A stretch of DNA of 64,000 nucleotides from positions 558,001 to 622,000 of the forward strand of contig QPGO01000025.1 in assembly GCA_008632985.1 (NCBI GenBank), in the 5' to 3' direction. Positions 34,109 through 47,000 of the stretch are shown here, in pieces. This stretch comes from Psammoneis japonica. Lineage: Eukaryota. Made by a program: the position numbers and the translations under genes. Positions within the stretch are counted from its first letter, which is position 1; every line of letters starts with the position of its first letter. The notes beneath the pieces were generated by a model. It was given only the letters and a program-made list of their open reading frames with translations, did no database searches and was not told the DNA's origin.

Positions 34109-36128
34109 ATGGCGCCGCGCTGTGAGCAATGCGGGAATCGACTTCTCACGTTCTCTCGTTTTCTTCCGTACACAGGGTTTCGTTTCGCCGCAAGAAGAGC
34201 AAGAAGGAGGATGGTATCAAGGGAGAGGAGGGAAGGAAAAGCTTTAAGGAAAAGCCCGGCAAATCCGGTAAAGAGGAGGTAAGCCGCTTCGCCATCATTG
34301 TTTTCGGCGTGCGACGACTTGGTTTGCTGGCTGGATATCCACGACTGTTTGTTTATTATGTTCTTCATATTTGTCTTCGTCTACGTATTTTATGCTATAT
34401 ATTGGGGTTCGTTTTTTTCGATTTTTTTACCGGAACGGTCAATTTGCATTCATTACATTCGAGTCCGTACATGTATATACGCGTCGCGTGACAAAGCTCA
34501 AAATGAAATATTGTCGAACCATGCTCATTCTTCCGTTCCTTTTCTAACATTCACTACTACAGAAAGCACCCAAATCCGCACCTGCTCCGACGAAGCCCCC
34601 GACTCTCGATGACATTCCAGAGCTCGTTGAGACGATGACCAATGAGACTGGCGAAAAAAGCGCGGCCGCAACCAAGCGCATCTACGAACTATGTGACGTT
34701 GGCCACAAGCAGAACCGTGTCCCGATGGTGTGCAGCGGCAAATGGGATGTTCTTACCCCCCTAGCAAACTGTTTGACCCAGGAGAGCGGCGACGGTCGTC
34801 ATTTGGCTTGCCTTGCTTTGAACAACCTCTCGATCCCTACGGAGAACAAGCGCGTTATGGCTCTTGGACCTGCTTCGGAGGCTGTTATTGGTGGATTGTG
34901 CAAAGTGATTGCCGAGGATAAGCAGGAGTCTTATTTGTGTTGCATCTGTCTCATGAATCTTTCGTTCCTTGAGGCCAGCATCACCACCATCTTGCAGCAT
35001 TCCCCTGTTGCTGAAGGTGCTCGTGCTCTCCCCCCACTTGAGAACCCCAAGTCGCTTCTCCGTGTGCTTGAAAAGCTTCTCACGAACTCTCCCTCTGTGC
35101 CCAAATCTGGCTCTGGAAAGTCCGAGGGTGTTCGCTGGGCTTGTGGCTTGATCAAAAATCTCGCCAAGAGCGAGGAAAATGCGGCGCTTCTCGCGCAGAC
35201 CGACATCCCCAAATGCGTCGTCGAGAACATTCGAGCGACGACTTCTCCTCCATCTCGGTGGACTTCCAATAGTCTGGAGGATTTCTCCCTTTTCGTTGTT
35301 TTGAACCTTGGCCAGTGGTCCGTTGCGAAGGATGCCCTTATCCAGGCCGATGCCGTGGAGGTCGTGAAGCCCATCATGTCGGAGGGTGACCTCCAAGGCC
35401 TGAAGGCTACCATGGCCTGCGCATTCCTCGATACGCCCTGGGATGCTTTCCCGGACGGTGGAAGTCCGGCCGCTAAGTCTGTAGCTGAGCTAATGACGAA
35501 CATCACTGAGAAGAAGGGCAAGGATGGTCAGTATGCCTATGGCGTCTTCAAGCTCTACACAGCGGCCAAGGCTTACCGTGATCTGGCAGTGGCTGCAGCC
35601 AAGGCCGATGACGGCTCCGGCGAATCCAACACTAAGTGTCTTGCGGTACCTTCTGCGGTCTCCCTCAATTTCCAGATTGTGTCCGACCTTGTCCTTTCAG
35701 CCATGGATGAAGCCGAAGGTGGTTCAAAGTATGTGCCCGACGCCATGTCTGCGGAGTACGCCGTTGGTGCTATTGAAGCGATGCTTCCCGCAATCCTTGA
35801 GCCAGCTGAACCCGCCCGCACGTCTGTGGAAAGCGAAAAGGCAGCTGGTGAAGTGAGCCAGATGCTTCTTACTTACGCCGACATTGCTGGTACATCCGCC
35901 GAGGCCAAGGATAGCGCAAAGAATGCTGCTGAGAAGATCCAGGAGTCTGCTAGCACGGCCAGGCCAATTCTGGAGATTAGCCACGACCTGTGGACTCAAT
36001 ACCGCAAACGCGAAGGTCAGCCCCTCGATCAGTTTATCTCGTCAGAACGTGGTATCGAGGTCGACGAGAGTGGCCCGCTCGACTTCTTGCCTTGCGCAAA
36101 CAGCGACAGCAACTGCGTTATTCTCTAA
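34109..36128 (+). CDS. ARM-repeat-like protein with Lys-rich N-terminus and C-terminal CaaX (CVIL); intron ~34279-34562; 5' exon structure uncertain
   Basis: ACLALNNLS, CLMNLS and WACGLIKNLA helices. Exon RRKKSKKEDG...GKEE|GTAAG splices in frame to KAPKSAP...ELVETMTNE. Ends LPCANSDSNCVIL. Confidence 0.75.
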
Positions 36129-36526
36129 GCAGTTAGTCTTGCAGTGTTTTCGGACCAATCTTCTCTTCCGAAAGTTATATGTTCTAGTGGATGGCTTTCG
36201 TTTGCGCTGAGACTCGCACATGAAAATTGATTTCACAAATTGTTTTGGTGTGTAGATGCTGGAAGTTGTGTTTCGATAATACGGTAAATATAGGTTCTTT
36301 TCATGTTTTGTCATTACGTTGTTCCCAGTAGGAATGCTCACCGGAAAATACCGAATACATCGATGTTATTTCAATATGTATGCAGTTATTTTATGAAAGG
36401 GTTTTTGTTTGCATGCATCCAGGGACAGGCAAATACCTGGCAGCTATGTTGCTTAGCGCGCTAGACAGTCATTTATGAATATATAATGTGTAGGAGGAAG
36501 CATTTACGAGTGCATGTTTTGCAGTC

Positions 36527-38684
36527 TCAAGTTGAAACAGAAGAAACGGCAGGTGAATTTCGGTTCAGATCCAGCAGCAAGTCTGCGTCGCTCCTCTCCG
36601 CGCGTTGCTGCTTGTCCTTCTTTCTAGACTTGTCTCCAATGGACGCGCCTCTTTTCTTGCTTGCCTCGGATATGAGCGTTCGCTCGGTATCTGGTTTCAC
36701 AAGTACATAGAAAGAGTCAAAAGCAACATTGAGGTTCTGTATCATGGCGGAATGAGGCTGCCTCTCGGTGTTTCTGGAACGTACCATTACTGCCATGCAG
36801 CGGTGACACTGGCCTCTCCTCGACAGAGGTGTCAATTTCCGTCAGAGGGACTGAAGTAACTTCAGGAACGCTTTTTGTAACAGGACGCGAAGCGCTTGGG
36901 GAACTTGCCAAACCACTTAATGCTTCAGCTGCCAGCTTTGAAGCCTTGTCGCTTATGCCGCCTTCAAATTCGACTGCTAAAGCATTTGGGATCAGCGCAA
37001 CCGCTTCTTTGGTAGATAGATTTGACGGAATTCTGCTGCGGACTCTACCTTTAGCAGATTCTTGGAGATCAACCGGGGAAGTCTTGCGCGTGCGGCCCAA
37101 TAGCGATGATCTGCCACCGGCGATGCTCTCACGATTCCCTTGTTTTGACGTGACTCTCTTGAGGGTGGAATTCCAACGATTCTTGATGGCATTGTCTGTC
37201 CTACCCGGTAGTAGTTTAGCGATTTCTGCCCACTTGTTGCCCAGCCTGTTGTGGGCCTCAATGATGATTTCATCCTCTGCCTCCGTCCATTCCCCTTTAT
37301 TAATGTCCGGATTAAGATGGTTGTACCAACGTTCTCGACACTGCTTGCCGAGCCGCCCTTTGAGCTGCCGAGCAATGAAGGACCACTTCTTGTTGCCATG
37401 AATTTGAACAAGCTTCATGACTGTTGCATCCTCTTCGGTTGTCCAAGGTCCTTTCACTAGGCCAGGTTTCAGCACCTTCTGCCACCTGTGCAGGCACTGA
37501 ACGTCTGTGCGTCTTGGTAGACTCGCAGCAATTCTCTTCCAGTTCTTGCCTGAGTGTTTAGCAACGGCCTGTCGCAAAAGCTCATCTTCGTGCTCCGTCC
37601 ACTTGCCCATGGAAGCTCGGCGTTTACCAGAAGGTAGGGTGGATGGAGTAATTTCCTTGGGTTTCTCTACCGACGCGGCAAATCGTGCGGCGCCCACCGC
37701 AACTTGGTCTTCTTTCTTTGCCGGAGAACTTGGTGTACCTCCCGTACTATGGCTATCATCGCTCACCAACCGGTACTGGACGCCATCTTTACCCATAGGA
37801 TGCTGTCTAGCAGAAAAACCTTGAGACGGGGCCATATTGATTGCTCCAGGGGATGCGTCTTGGCCTGGAGACTCATTCGGAGGTCCAGGTCTAGGGAGGA
37901 GACGATGGTCGTGATGCGGATGGTATGGATGGTACGGCGGAAGACGAGCAAAAGGTGGCGGCGGATGAGCTTGATATGGGTGCGGCGGTGGGTAGAGGTT
38001 ATGCCCTGGTGGTACTGGGGGTGAAGGAGGCTTGTTTCCCATTCGTCGTGGGCCATGCTTCAGAGCGTAGTGGGGAACTGAATGCTGCTGCACCAGTGGA
38101 GGGCGTGGATGTCCTTGATGATGAAAATGTGGTGCTTGACCTTGTCCCAAGGGGTGAGGAGGCGGCGGACCACCGTGTTTCCAGAAACCAGGATGTGAAG
38201 GGTCACCCTGCGGCGAGTACGGTGAAGATCCGTGGGACCAATATGGGCTGCCAGCTGACTGTGGCGTGTGCGGATGATGTTCATGTGGCTCACCGTAGTG
38301 ATGATAGTTCCCACGATAAGTATGATACTGTGCATAGTGGTCTTCGCGAGAAGGGGAGCCTGGCGATTGCTCTGAACGGGTGTACTCATTTGGATGATGC
38401 CTGTGACCAGATGGAGGACCAGGCTTAGTCGGTTCTTTGTCGTAGTTTTTCTTCTTTTCGTCGGATGACGTAATGCCACCTGCATTTCTTTCTCCTCCAT
38501 TTGACGGATAATCTGTGTCCTTCCTGCTCAATTCGGAAGAATTATGTTTTTCTTTGTCCTCGATAGAACGCACGGCAGAAGATGCTATTGACGCTAGTGC
38601 CCCTAAGGCATCGACGGGGGCGACACTGCTCGGCGCTTGTCCTGTTGGTTTTGATGCTCCATTTTCTCTGACAAGGGAGGGCAT
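36527..38684 (-). CDS. Three-repeat (R1R2R3) MYB transcription factor; intron ~36691-36784
   Basis: KWTEHED...NWKRIA...[19 protein letters not shown]...[21 protein letters not shown]...[23 protein letters not shown]; His/Pro-rich N-terminus; last exon ends ADLLLDLN...SVST. Confidence 0.93.
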
Positions 38685-39275
38685 TTTGTGCAGTGTCTCC
38701 GCGATACTCGTCGTAATAACTTTGTTCCTCTTTCTTGTGATCCTGTAGTTGTCCTTCTCAAAACAAAGTTGCCACCCGTTGTGAAGAGCCGGCGGCAACC
38801 AAAAAATTAAAATGTGAATGGGGTGATGGGTCAAAAATTGCGCTCTAAATAGAAGCCAGTAGGCGTTGAATCTTCTTATATAATTTATGTGTATATAGAC
38901 TTACTTAGGAATACAATTATGATTCTAATACTCTACAGTACTTCTGATGTATATTCCAACAGATTTGTTTGTATCGGTGTAAAAGACATCTAAATTTTGA
39001 TTTGAAATACGTAACGGATCGAATATTAAAAAATATATGTACGTTGCTCGTAACGTCTCAATCCATCTGTATCAAGAAGTGTACTCTACGTCAGACAATA
39101 CCAGGAATGATTTGCCTTCATGGACGAATGTTCTATTCGGGCAGAGGGCATGCACCTCATTTTTTCTGTCCGTCCACCGTTGCCGCTCCCCTCCACAAAT
39201 AATTTCATACAAACGAAAAAGAGAAGAAAAACGAACGACAGAACGAAAACAAACTGCTTGTGTTGTCCTTGTTCC

Positions 39276-40883
39276 ATGTTGGATCGTCACTTTGGTATTA
39301 CTGCGCACCCATACGGTGTCTTGCCGAGCGGAAACGCCCTACTAGACCCCATACAAGGGTCTTTGGAAAGCGGACATGAACAGCTAAGATTGCTCCTGTC
39401 GGATGAATTGTGGCAGCAGGTTCTGGGCTTTTGTGATGGGCCGACTTTGGGTCGACTCGTTCAGACTTGTCGGATTTTTTACGTTGCAGGTCATCAACCT
39501 GAACTATGGCGTGACTTGGTGTTGCGAGATGTCAATAATAAAGGTGGTGAGCTTTTGCGGGTCGGTAAAACATGGAAAGATACATTTGTCTTGAGATTTG
39601 TGAAACCGAACGACAAGGTCTCGCCACATGTTCCAATCGCTGTTCCAGGAATTTACTCGGATTTCTTGTTCCGTTCGCATTTGTGTCGGTCTTTTGGAAT
39701 CCCCACATCTTGGATGAAACCCTCAAACGACAAAAAGAGCGACGTGCCTCGAGTCACAAATTTGTCGGTTGATGAATTCGTTTCTGAATTCGAGAAACCG
39801 AATCGACCGGTCGTTCTCGCCGGAGTAGCAAAGTCGTGGGAGGCAGTCAAGAAATGGAAAAACGTCGAATATCTATTGGAATGCACAAAAGGCAGAACCT
39901 TTCGATCAACAAGCGGTGCGGCTCCGTTCCCTGCCAATTTCTCTGTCGAATCTTACATTCAGTATTGCCGATCAACGGATCTAGAGGAAGCACCGCTCTA
40001 TTTGTTTGATCGGACCGCCCTACTAGATGGTCCTTTGCGAAAAGATTATTACCCTGATATGCAACGGACTTGTCCGTACTTTGATCCAGAGAACTGTGCG
40101 AAGAATGGAGGACATGACTTGTTTCAGCATCTGGGCGAAGGCAAACGCCCGGACCACACTTGGCTTATTATGGGACCAAAAAGGAGCGGGTCGGCGATGC
40201 ACATCGATCCTAATGCCACAAATGCGTACAATATTGCCATTGTTGGCAGGAAACGATGGCTATTTTATCCTCCCGGAGTTGTTCCGCCCGGTGTGCACCC
40301 GTCGCCTTCTGGTGATGAGGTTGCCATGCCGATATCACTTGGTGAATGGCTTGTCAATTTTTGGGATGAACACGAGAAACGACGACGCACCAGCGGGGCT
40401 CTAGAGTGTACCGTTGAACCAGGCGATGTGGTGTTTGTGCCCTGTGGATGGTGGCACATGGTGATTAATCTTGACGACATTAACATCGCGGTAACGCACA
40501 ACTATGTTTCCAAAAGCAACCTGCCGACTGTGCTGCGCTTTCTTGAAAAGAAGCAAGATCAAATAAGCGGTTGTCGAGATCGGGCTGAAAGCATCAAACC
40601 CGAGCATCTTAGATCCGCATTCACCAAGGTGCTTCGCCAGAAACATCCTGAGTGGTTTGAGGAAGCTCAAGCGCTGGCAAAGCAGGGCTGGGAAGTGAAG
40701 GCGTGGACAGATGCCACCAATGATGACGAAGAGTGCCGAGATAAAATGCTAAAGCCGAAAAAGCGAAAGCGACAGGCCTTACAGAACATCGGATCCAGCG
40801 TGATTGCAAAGGCGAAGACTACTAGTGCTGCGGGAAACGACCCAGAAAGCGCTTCGACAGGCTTTAGCTTCTCTTTCTTGTAG
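39276..40883 (+). CDS. F-box-like + JmjC dioxygenase (JMJD6 / plant JMJ22-like)
   Basis: HPYGVLPSGNA, LSDELWQQVL (F-box-like), PLYLFD, WLIMGPKRSGSAMHIDPNAT (HxD), GRKRW, WWHMVINL. Confidence 0.9.
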   Translation: MLDRHFGITAHPYGVLPSGNALLDPIQGSLESGHEQLRLLLSDELWQQVLGFCDGPTLGRLVQTCRIFYVAGHQPELWRDLVLRDVNNKGGELLRVGKTWKDTFVLRFVKPNDKVSPHVPIAVPGIYSDFLFRSHLCRSFGIPTSWMKPSNDKKSDVPRVTNLSVDEFVSEFEKPNRPVVLAGVAKSWEAVKKWKNVEYLLECTKGRTFRSTSGAAPFPANFSVESYIQYCRSTDLEEAPLYLFDRTALLDGPLRKDYYPDMQRTCPYFDPENCAKNGGHDLFQHLGEGKRPDHTWLIMGPKRSGSAMHIDPNATNAYNIAIVGRKRWLFYPPGVVPPGVHPSPSGDEVAMPISLGEWLVNFWDEHEKRRRTSGALECTVEPGDVVFVPCGWWHMVINLDDINIAVTHNYVSKSNLPTVLRFLEKKQDQISGCRDRAESIKPEHLRSAFTKVLRQKHPEWFEEAQALAKQGWEVKAWTDATNDDEECRDKMLKPKKRKRQALQNIGSSVIAKAKTTSAAGNDPESASTGFSFSFL

Positions 40884-40953
40884 CGATAATTCGGTAATAT
40901 CGCCAAATATTGTTCTTGTTTTTAACCGTGTATGTTATTGTTTTGGCTAGTCC

Positions 40954-42746
40954 TCACTTTTCTTTTGTCCTGTTTGCTCGATTGTGCAATACTCGTAGTT
41001 TGTCGTTGCTCGACAACACTATCCATTCTTTGCCGGGGTGTACTGCAAATGCGTGAGGCGATCCATATTTGCGAGGGAGTTTGATGGTTCCTTTCGTTGC
41101 AGTGTTAGCGTCCATAAACAACAGACGAGAATTTTCTTGAGGGCAAACGACATCCACAGCTAAGGACGTGTCCAGCAACACCCGCTTATCATGATGAGGA
41201 AGAATGCGGACGTTCGTCTGGACTTGTCGCCAACAGATGAAATCATCCACACAATCAACAGGAGTGATATCCACTGGCAAGCTGTAAACCGTTTCTTCAG
41301 TCTCTACGACCTCTCCGTCCGCCCTTTGAAGGCGATATTTGGGAGACGTGTGGATAACTGAAACAGTTGGCAAAGCCGTGTCCATCTGCGGATCTGACAG
41401 CTTCATGGACAAGAGCCACCCACATGCAGTCACCCACGTGACAGTAGTCGCCCATATCGGTATCGACAATTTGTCAGTCGCTTTTGATATCTTTGACTGA
41501 GAAACCGCTTGCTCAACATTAAACTTTCAATGCCCATCCACGATCGAGGAGGTAGAGAAGCCGTCGGAAGTTCCAAACAACTGTACGTTTCCCATTTGCC
41601 AACAACGGTGGGCGTGACTGCCGTCGAAAATGCCTTTCGAGTACAACGTTTCCAATTTAGCAACTGAATGCTTCCGTTTGCCCCGCCCAGGAGCACAAAG
41701 TTTGAAGAGAGAGGGGCAATCGCCGTAACTTTTTCGTGCGAATTGAACACCCACCTTGGTTGAGAGGCTGCGTCGACTTTCCACAGAACCAGCGCTCCAC
41801 CCGAGTGCGACACTAGGAGGTGATTGTCCCTCAAAAATAGATAGCTCGATACCCCATTCGAAGGTGAAATCGACGCTGGTGCCTTCAACCCTTGCATACG
41901 GAATGTGTCACCACGGTCGTTCCTGCTTCCGCAATCTTTGCAATGTCGTAAATACGAACCTCGGACGTCGACCTGTTTTTGAAAAGAAGACGGATAGTGA
42001 GAAGAAATGGAGTCATGGTCGATAGTTCACATTCGTAAATCGTACCGAAATGCCACTGCTAATTGATCTGGATCATGTGGATTCCAACAGAGGCAAGTTG
42101 CGGAATAGGGAGTTGAGAAAGTCCAAGAGGGAAGGACGCGACGTTGAAGTTTTTCTCCGCTTGATCTTGACTGTATCCGGCGGCTTCTCATATCCTGTGC
42201 GACTACCACATCCCAATCATAAATCAATATCGATTTTTTCGTTGTAGCAACCGCCAACAGTGCCCCAATAGAATCCCAGGCAAAGCAGGAGACACCGCCT
42301 ACTGTCCTGGGACCCAACGATACAGTTGTGGGAACGGCCCAATTGTCGTTTGGTGTCTTGATTCTCTTCTCATATCTAATGACTGACATTGAACGACGCA
42401 TCAACTGCAATGCAATGTTCTTGGAAGTGAGACATAATATGGAGCGTCTAGCCAGCTGATTTCTGGAGTTCACGCAAGATCCCCCAACCTCTGAAGAGCC
42501 GGATGTAGGAGATGGCGAAATCGACCGTAAGTTGCTTTTGGATGGCTGTTCAGGGCACTCAGACTGTGGCGCTATTGTGATAGTCTCGTCATCTTGACTT
42601 ATGGTAGAAGTCTCTCTTGAAGAATAATCCGCGTCGCTGGGTACCTCGTTTGTGTCTGTTTTTCTGCGTCTCTGTTTCTTCTCGGTCCGTGCAAAAATGG
42701 AATATACTTTATCCGCATCGTGTGATGAAGAGTCTTGACTGTCCAT
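40954..42746 (-). CDS. WD40/beta-propeller-like protein; intron ~41972-42044; apparent frameshift near 41470
   Basis: VSCFAWDSIGALLAVAT...ILIYDWD, TCLCWNP..PDQLAV, GALVLWKV, VLLGGANGSIQLLNW, AFAVHPGKEWIV. Confidence 0.7.
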
Positions 42747-44075
42747 ATCCTTTCGAAGCATCAGAAGAAATCGAACAATGAGGACTCTCTTCCAGAACGT
42801 GCGTGCTGTTTTGTTTTTGTTTTCGATGTGTCTGGATTTGCATTGAAGAAAATCGGGGGGGGCGGCACGCAAAAAATGGCGCGGTCCACGAGCTCAAAAA
42901 TGAAGTAAACAGCCAACAGAGCTCGCAGCCAACACCATGGCATATTGCATAGGCAGGATGGAACTGGAACGCTGTCACGCAATGACGGTGATTCCTCGTC
43001 TTTGCATATGCCGTTGCCCAGCAAAGGCTGGCACATTATTTGGTGATTATGTGGTTGTCTATGTGGCTCGTTTTGTACGGCCGTCTAACGTGCGGGTTAA
43101 TTCTTTATTCGCCCGTGGTCTAATGAGTGTGCGACGATTGATCATCGATGGCGCAACAGCAATAACCAAACGCTACCGGTAGTAAATTTCGATGCGGCTA
43201 AAGGAGCGTTTATTAACGGACTGTGTGGTTGTAAATGGTGATTGAGTTCTTCAGCAATGATATTGTATGAGGACGAGACGGATTTGCTTCGACAACATTA
43301 GCTTCCTTCGTGTTCATGAGAGTCTGCGTCTTGTCATTTTTCGAGTACTCGAGATCTACGTGACACTTCACTCGGTGTAAAAGGCGGCGAATGTACTTTA
43401 TGCTGGTCCATCGAATTTACAAGTCACTTGAGAAACGTGTGATACTATGTGCACGAGACACGAGATCCAACCAAAACTACCCGAGACCCGAGACTGAGTC
43501 AGGCGCTGACGAAAGGTAGACAAATCCTTGTTTGTTGTGATTCAAACCACTAGTTTTATGCCCGGTCAGTGATATACTTTGTTCCATCCGAGGATCGAGA
43601 CGCTATACCCTTCTTGACTGCATCAGGTGCTCAGGGAAGGTCGTATTATAATCTGCATAAGTTTTCACAGCTCCATGTCCGTGTTGGCGCAGATGGTTGA
43701 TAGCCAAGAGCAAAGGACCATTCGAATGACAAGAAGAAGGCGTGATTTCGCCCTACTGTATGCCACATTCCCGCTTTTGGTGCCAACAATGGAAGCGAAG
43801 CCTTTCGGCGCTCAGAAGATCCGTCCGATTGATCTCATTTTCCGGGATTCAAACTGTCGCTACGTGACGACACGTAGAACAGTACTGCAAACCTCTTTTT
43901 GTCCCAGAAAGCGCGGGACGCAAACCTGGCGGTGACCATGATCCCACACACGACCACTTGCAAGCGAATCTCGTGTTACTGCATTTGCCACTCTTCTCCG
44001 TTCGGCCGACACAATCACAACCAAAGCATCAAACACAACAAGAGACTACAAAAACAACACTCAGCCAAGATTATC

Positions 44076-47000
44076 ATGTCGATGCTTACCCTTTTCTCGG
44101 CCCTCAATGCCACTCAGCATGCTGGATTTTGCGGATTCCCTTTGGATTTTATCTCGAGTGGCAATCCGTTTGAAGAACCTCGCGAAATCTGCAACGCCGC
44201 TGCTCAGAGCGACTCTGCTTGTAAGACGTCGACTTTCTTTGGTGCTTACCGGTGCAGATGGGAAAACGGTAAATGCACGTCTGATGCCGACGAGACCGGC
44301 GAGGATCCAACGTGTCCTTCTATTTTCATCGAGGAAGATTGCGAGGTGGAGACGTGGTTTGGTTCACGATCGTGCAAGTGGTACGAGCTTACCGCTGCTC
44401 CAAGTCAAGCGCCTTCGATGGCTCCGTCGATCTCTCCCGAATTCTGCGGATATCCACTGGACTTCCTAGGAGAGGACGAGGATCCTTTCATTGAGCCTCG
44501 TCAGTACTGCAACAGCCTTGCTGGCTCCGAGAGTGATTGTGGAGCTTCCTTATTCTTTGGTGAATATCAATGTCGCTGGGAAGACCGTCGTTGCACTTCT
44601 GACGCCGATCAAACGGGCGAGGACGAGACGTGTCCTTCCATCAGGAACCCTACGAAATGCCGTGCGGCGACATGGTCGGGAGCTCGCTCCTGTGTTTGGT
44701 ACGCCCCCACACCCTCACCGACTCAAGAGCCTTCGTCAGCTCCATCGGCATCTCCGGAGTTCTGTGGATTTCCACTGGATGTCCTTAATGACGAGGATCC
44801 GTTTCTCGAGCCACGGGAGTACTGCAACGGTTTCGCCAAGTCGGAGAGTGACTGTGATGCAACCGAGTTCTTTGGTGAATATCAGTGCCGGTGGGAAGAT
44901 CGCCGTTGCACGTCGGACGCGGATGAAACGGGCGAGGATGAGACTTGTCCTTCCATCAGGAACCCTACGAAGTGCCGCAATGCCACGTGGTCGGGAACTC
45001 GCTCCTGTGTTTGGTACTCGCCCACGCCGTCGCCTACTCAAGAGCCTTCGTCAGCTCCATCGGCCTCTCCGGAATTCTGTGGATTTCCTCTGGACATCCT
45101 CGAGGAAAACGAGGATCCGTTTCAAGAGCCACGGGAGTACTGCAACAGTTTCGCCAAGTCGGAGAGTGACTGTGACGCAACCGAATTCTTTGGCGAATAT
45201 CAGTGCCGGTGGGAAGATCGTCGTTGCACATCCGACGCGGATGAAACGGGCGAAGATGAGACTTGTCCTTCTATTAGGAACCCTACGAAGTGCCGTAATG
45301 CTACGTGGTCGGGAACTCGCTCCTGTGTTTGGTACTCGCCCACGCGGTCACCAACTCAAGAGCCTTCGTCAGCTCCATCGGCGTCTCAAGAGTTCTGCGG
45401 ATTTCCTCTGGACATCCTCGAGGAAGACGAGGATCCGTTCCTCGAGCCTCGGCGTTACTGTAACAGTCTTGCCATGTCAGAGAGTGACTGCGGTGCAACT
45501 GACTTCTTTGGTGAATATCAGTGTCGCTGGGAAGATCGTCGTTGCACGTCCGACGCCGATCAAACTGGTGAGGACGAGACGTGTCCTTCCATCAGGAACC
45601 CAACAAAATGTCGCAACGCGACGTGGTCCGGAACTCGCTCCTGCGTTTGGTACACGCCTACAGCATCACCAAGTGAAGAGCCCTCTTCGGCTCCTTCGGT
45701 GTCTGCGGAATTTTGTGGATTTCCCCAAGACATCCTTGGCGAGGACGAGGATCCATTTCTTGAGCCGAGGGAGTACTGTGATATCCTCGCGGAATCGGAG
45801 AGCGACTGTATGGAAGCTACATTCTCTGGCGAGTATCGATGCCGATGGGAAGATCGTCGTTGCACGTCCGACGCGGATGAAACTGGCGAGGATGAGACTT
45901 GTCCTTCCATCAGGAACCCTACGAAGTGCCGCAATGCTACGTGGTCGGGAACTCGCTCATGTGTTTGGTACGCCCCTACACCATCGCTTTCCCCTTCAGT
46001 ATCAGTGAGTCCGAGTTTAGAGCCTTCTTCTATTCCTAGCGCCGAACCGTCGTTCAGTTCAGTTCCAAGCCATTCGCCATCAGTTGGTCCGAGCACGAGT
46101 CAAACGCCGTCGGCTCTGCCATCGGCTCTTCCGTCGGCTCTGCCGTCCGCGAGCTTCAGTCCCAGCAGATATGGCCCGACACTGCTGCCATCCCATTCTC
46201 CGAGCTTCGAACAGACATTTGAGCCTACTGGCCACCCAAGCATCATCCCAACGCAGACGCCCACGTTTGTTTTGACGATGGGACCCACCGCTAGGCCAAC
46301 AAGAAAGCCTACCCCGATGCCAAGCAAAAACCCCACGGGGAAGCCAACGGCGAAACCATCAAATGATCAAACTGAAAGTCCAACTTCACAGCCAACACTT
46401 GGACCCACAGCATTCCCGTCCTCATACCCAACCACTGATGAGCCCACTTCAACACCGACCGCTCTCCCCACTCCAAACCAAACTGGTGAACCAACTCCGC
46501 TTCCGACGCCGCTACCTACGCGTCTGCCAACCCTTGCCCCGACTGGACCTCCAACAATGCGTCCTACACCTCAACCAAGTTTACCTCCCTCTGCAAGTCC
46601 GACCTTGGCTCCTACTGTTACCCCGACGTTGTCACCGAGTGCGCGTCCCACTAGACGCCCGAGTTCGCGCCCGACTCCGATACCGACTCCTCCGCCTACA
46701 TGGACTTTTCCTCCAACCCCTCGTCCAACCAACCAGTTTGCGCCGGGAGAGAGGCTTGTGAGTGCCTGTCAGTGCGATACCGCTGGCAGGACGTGTGTGT
46801 CAGACACGGTGCAGGAAGGTTCTTCTGTTTACTTGTGCTTGAATACCGAGCACGAAAACGTTGAGTTTGTAGATATTCAGGATCTTCGGTTTCTTCAGGA
46901 TGGCAACATCAAGGATGAGCCAATTAACAACTACGGTCGTAGCTCCAATACGTTCGTATCAATTGAGGGCAGGTATGTCTTGATACGGGCCGAGCTCATT

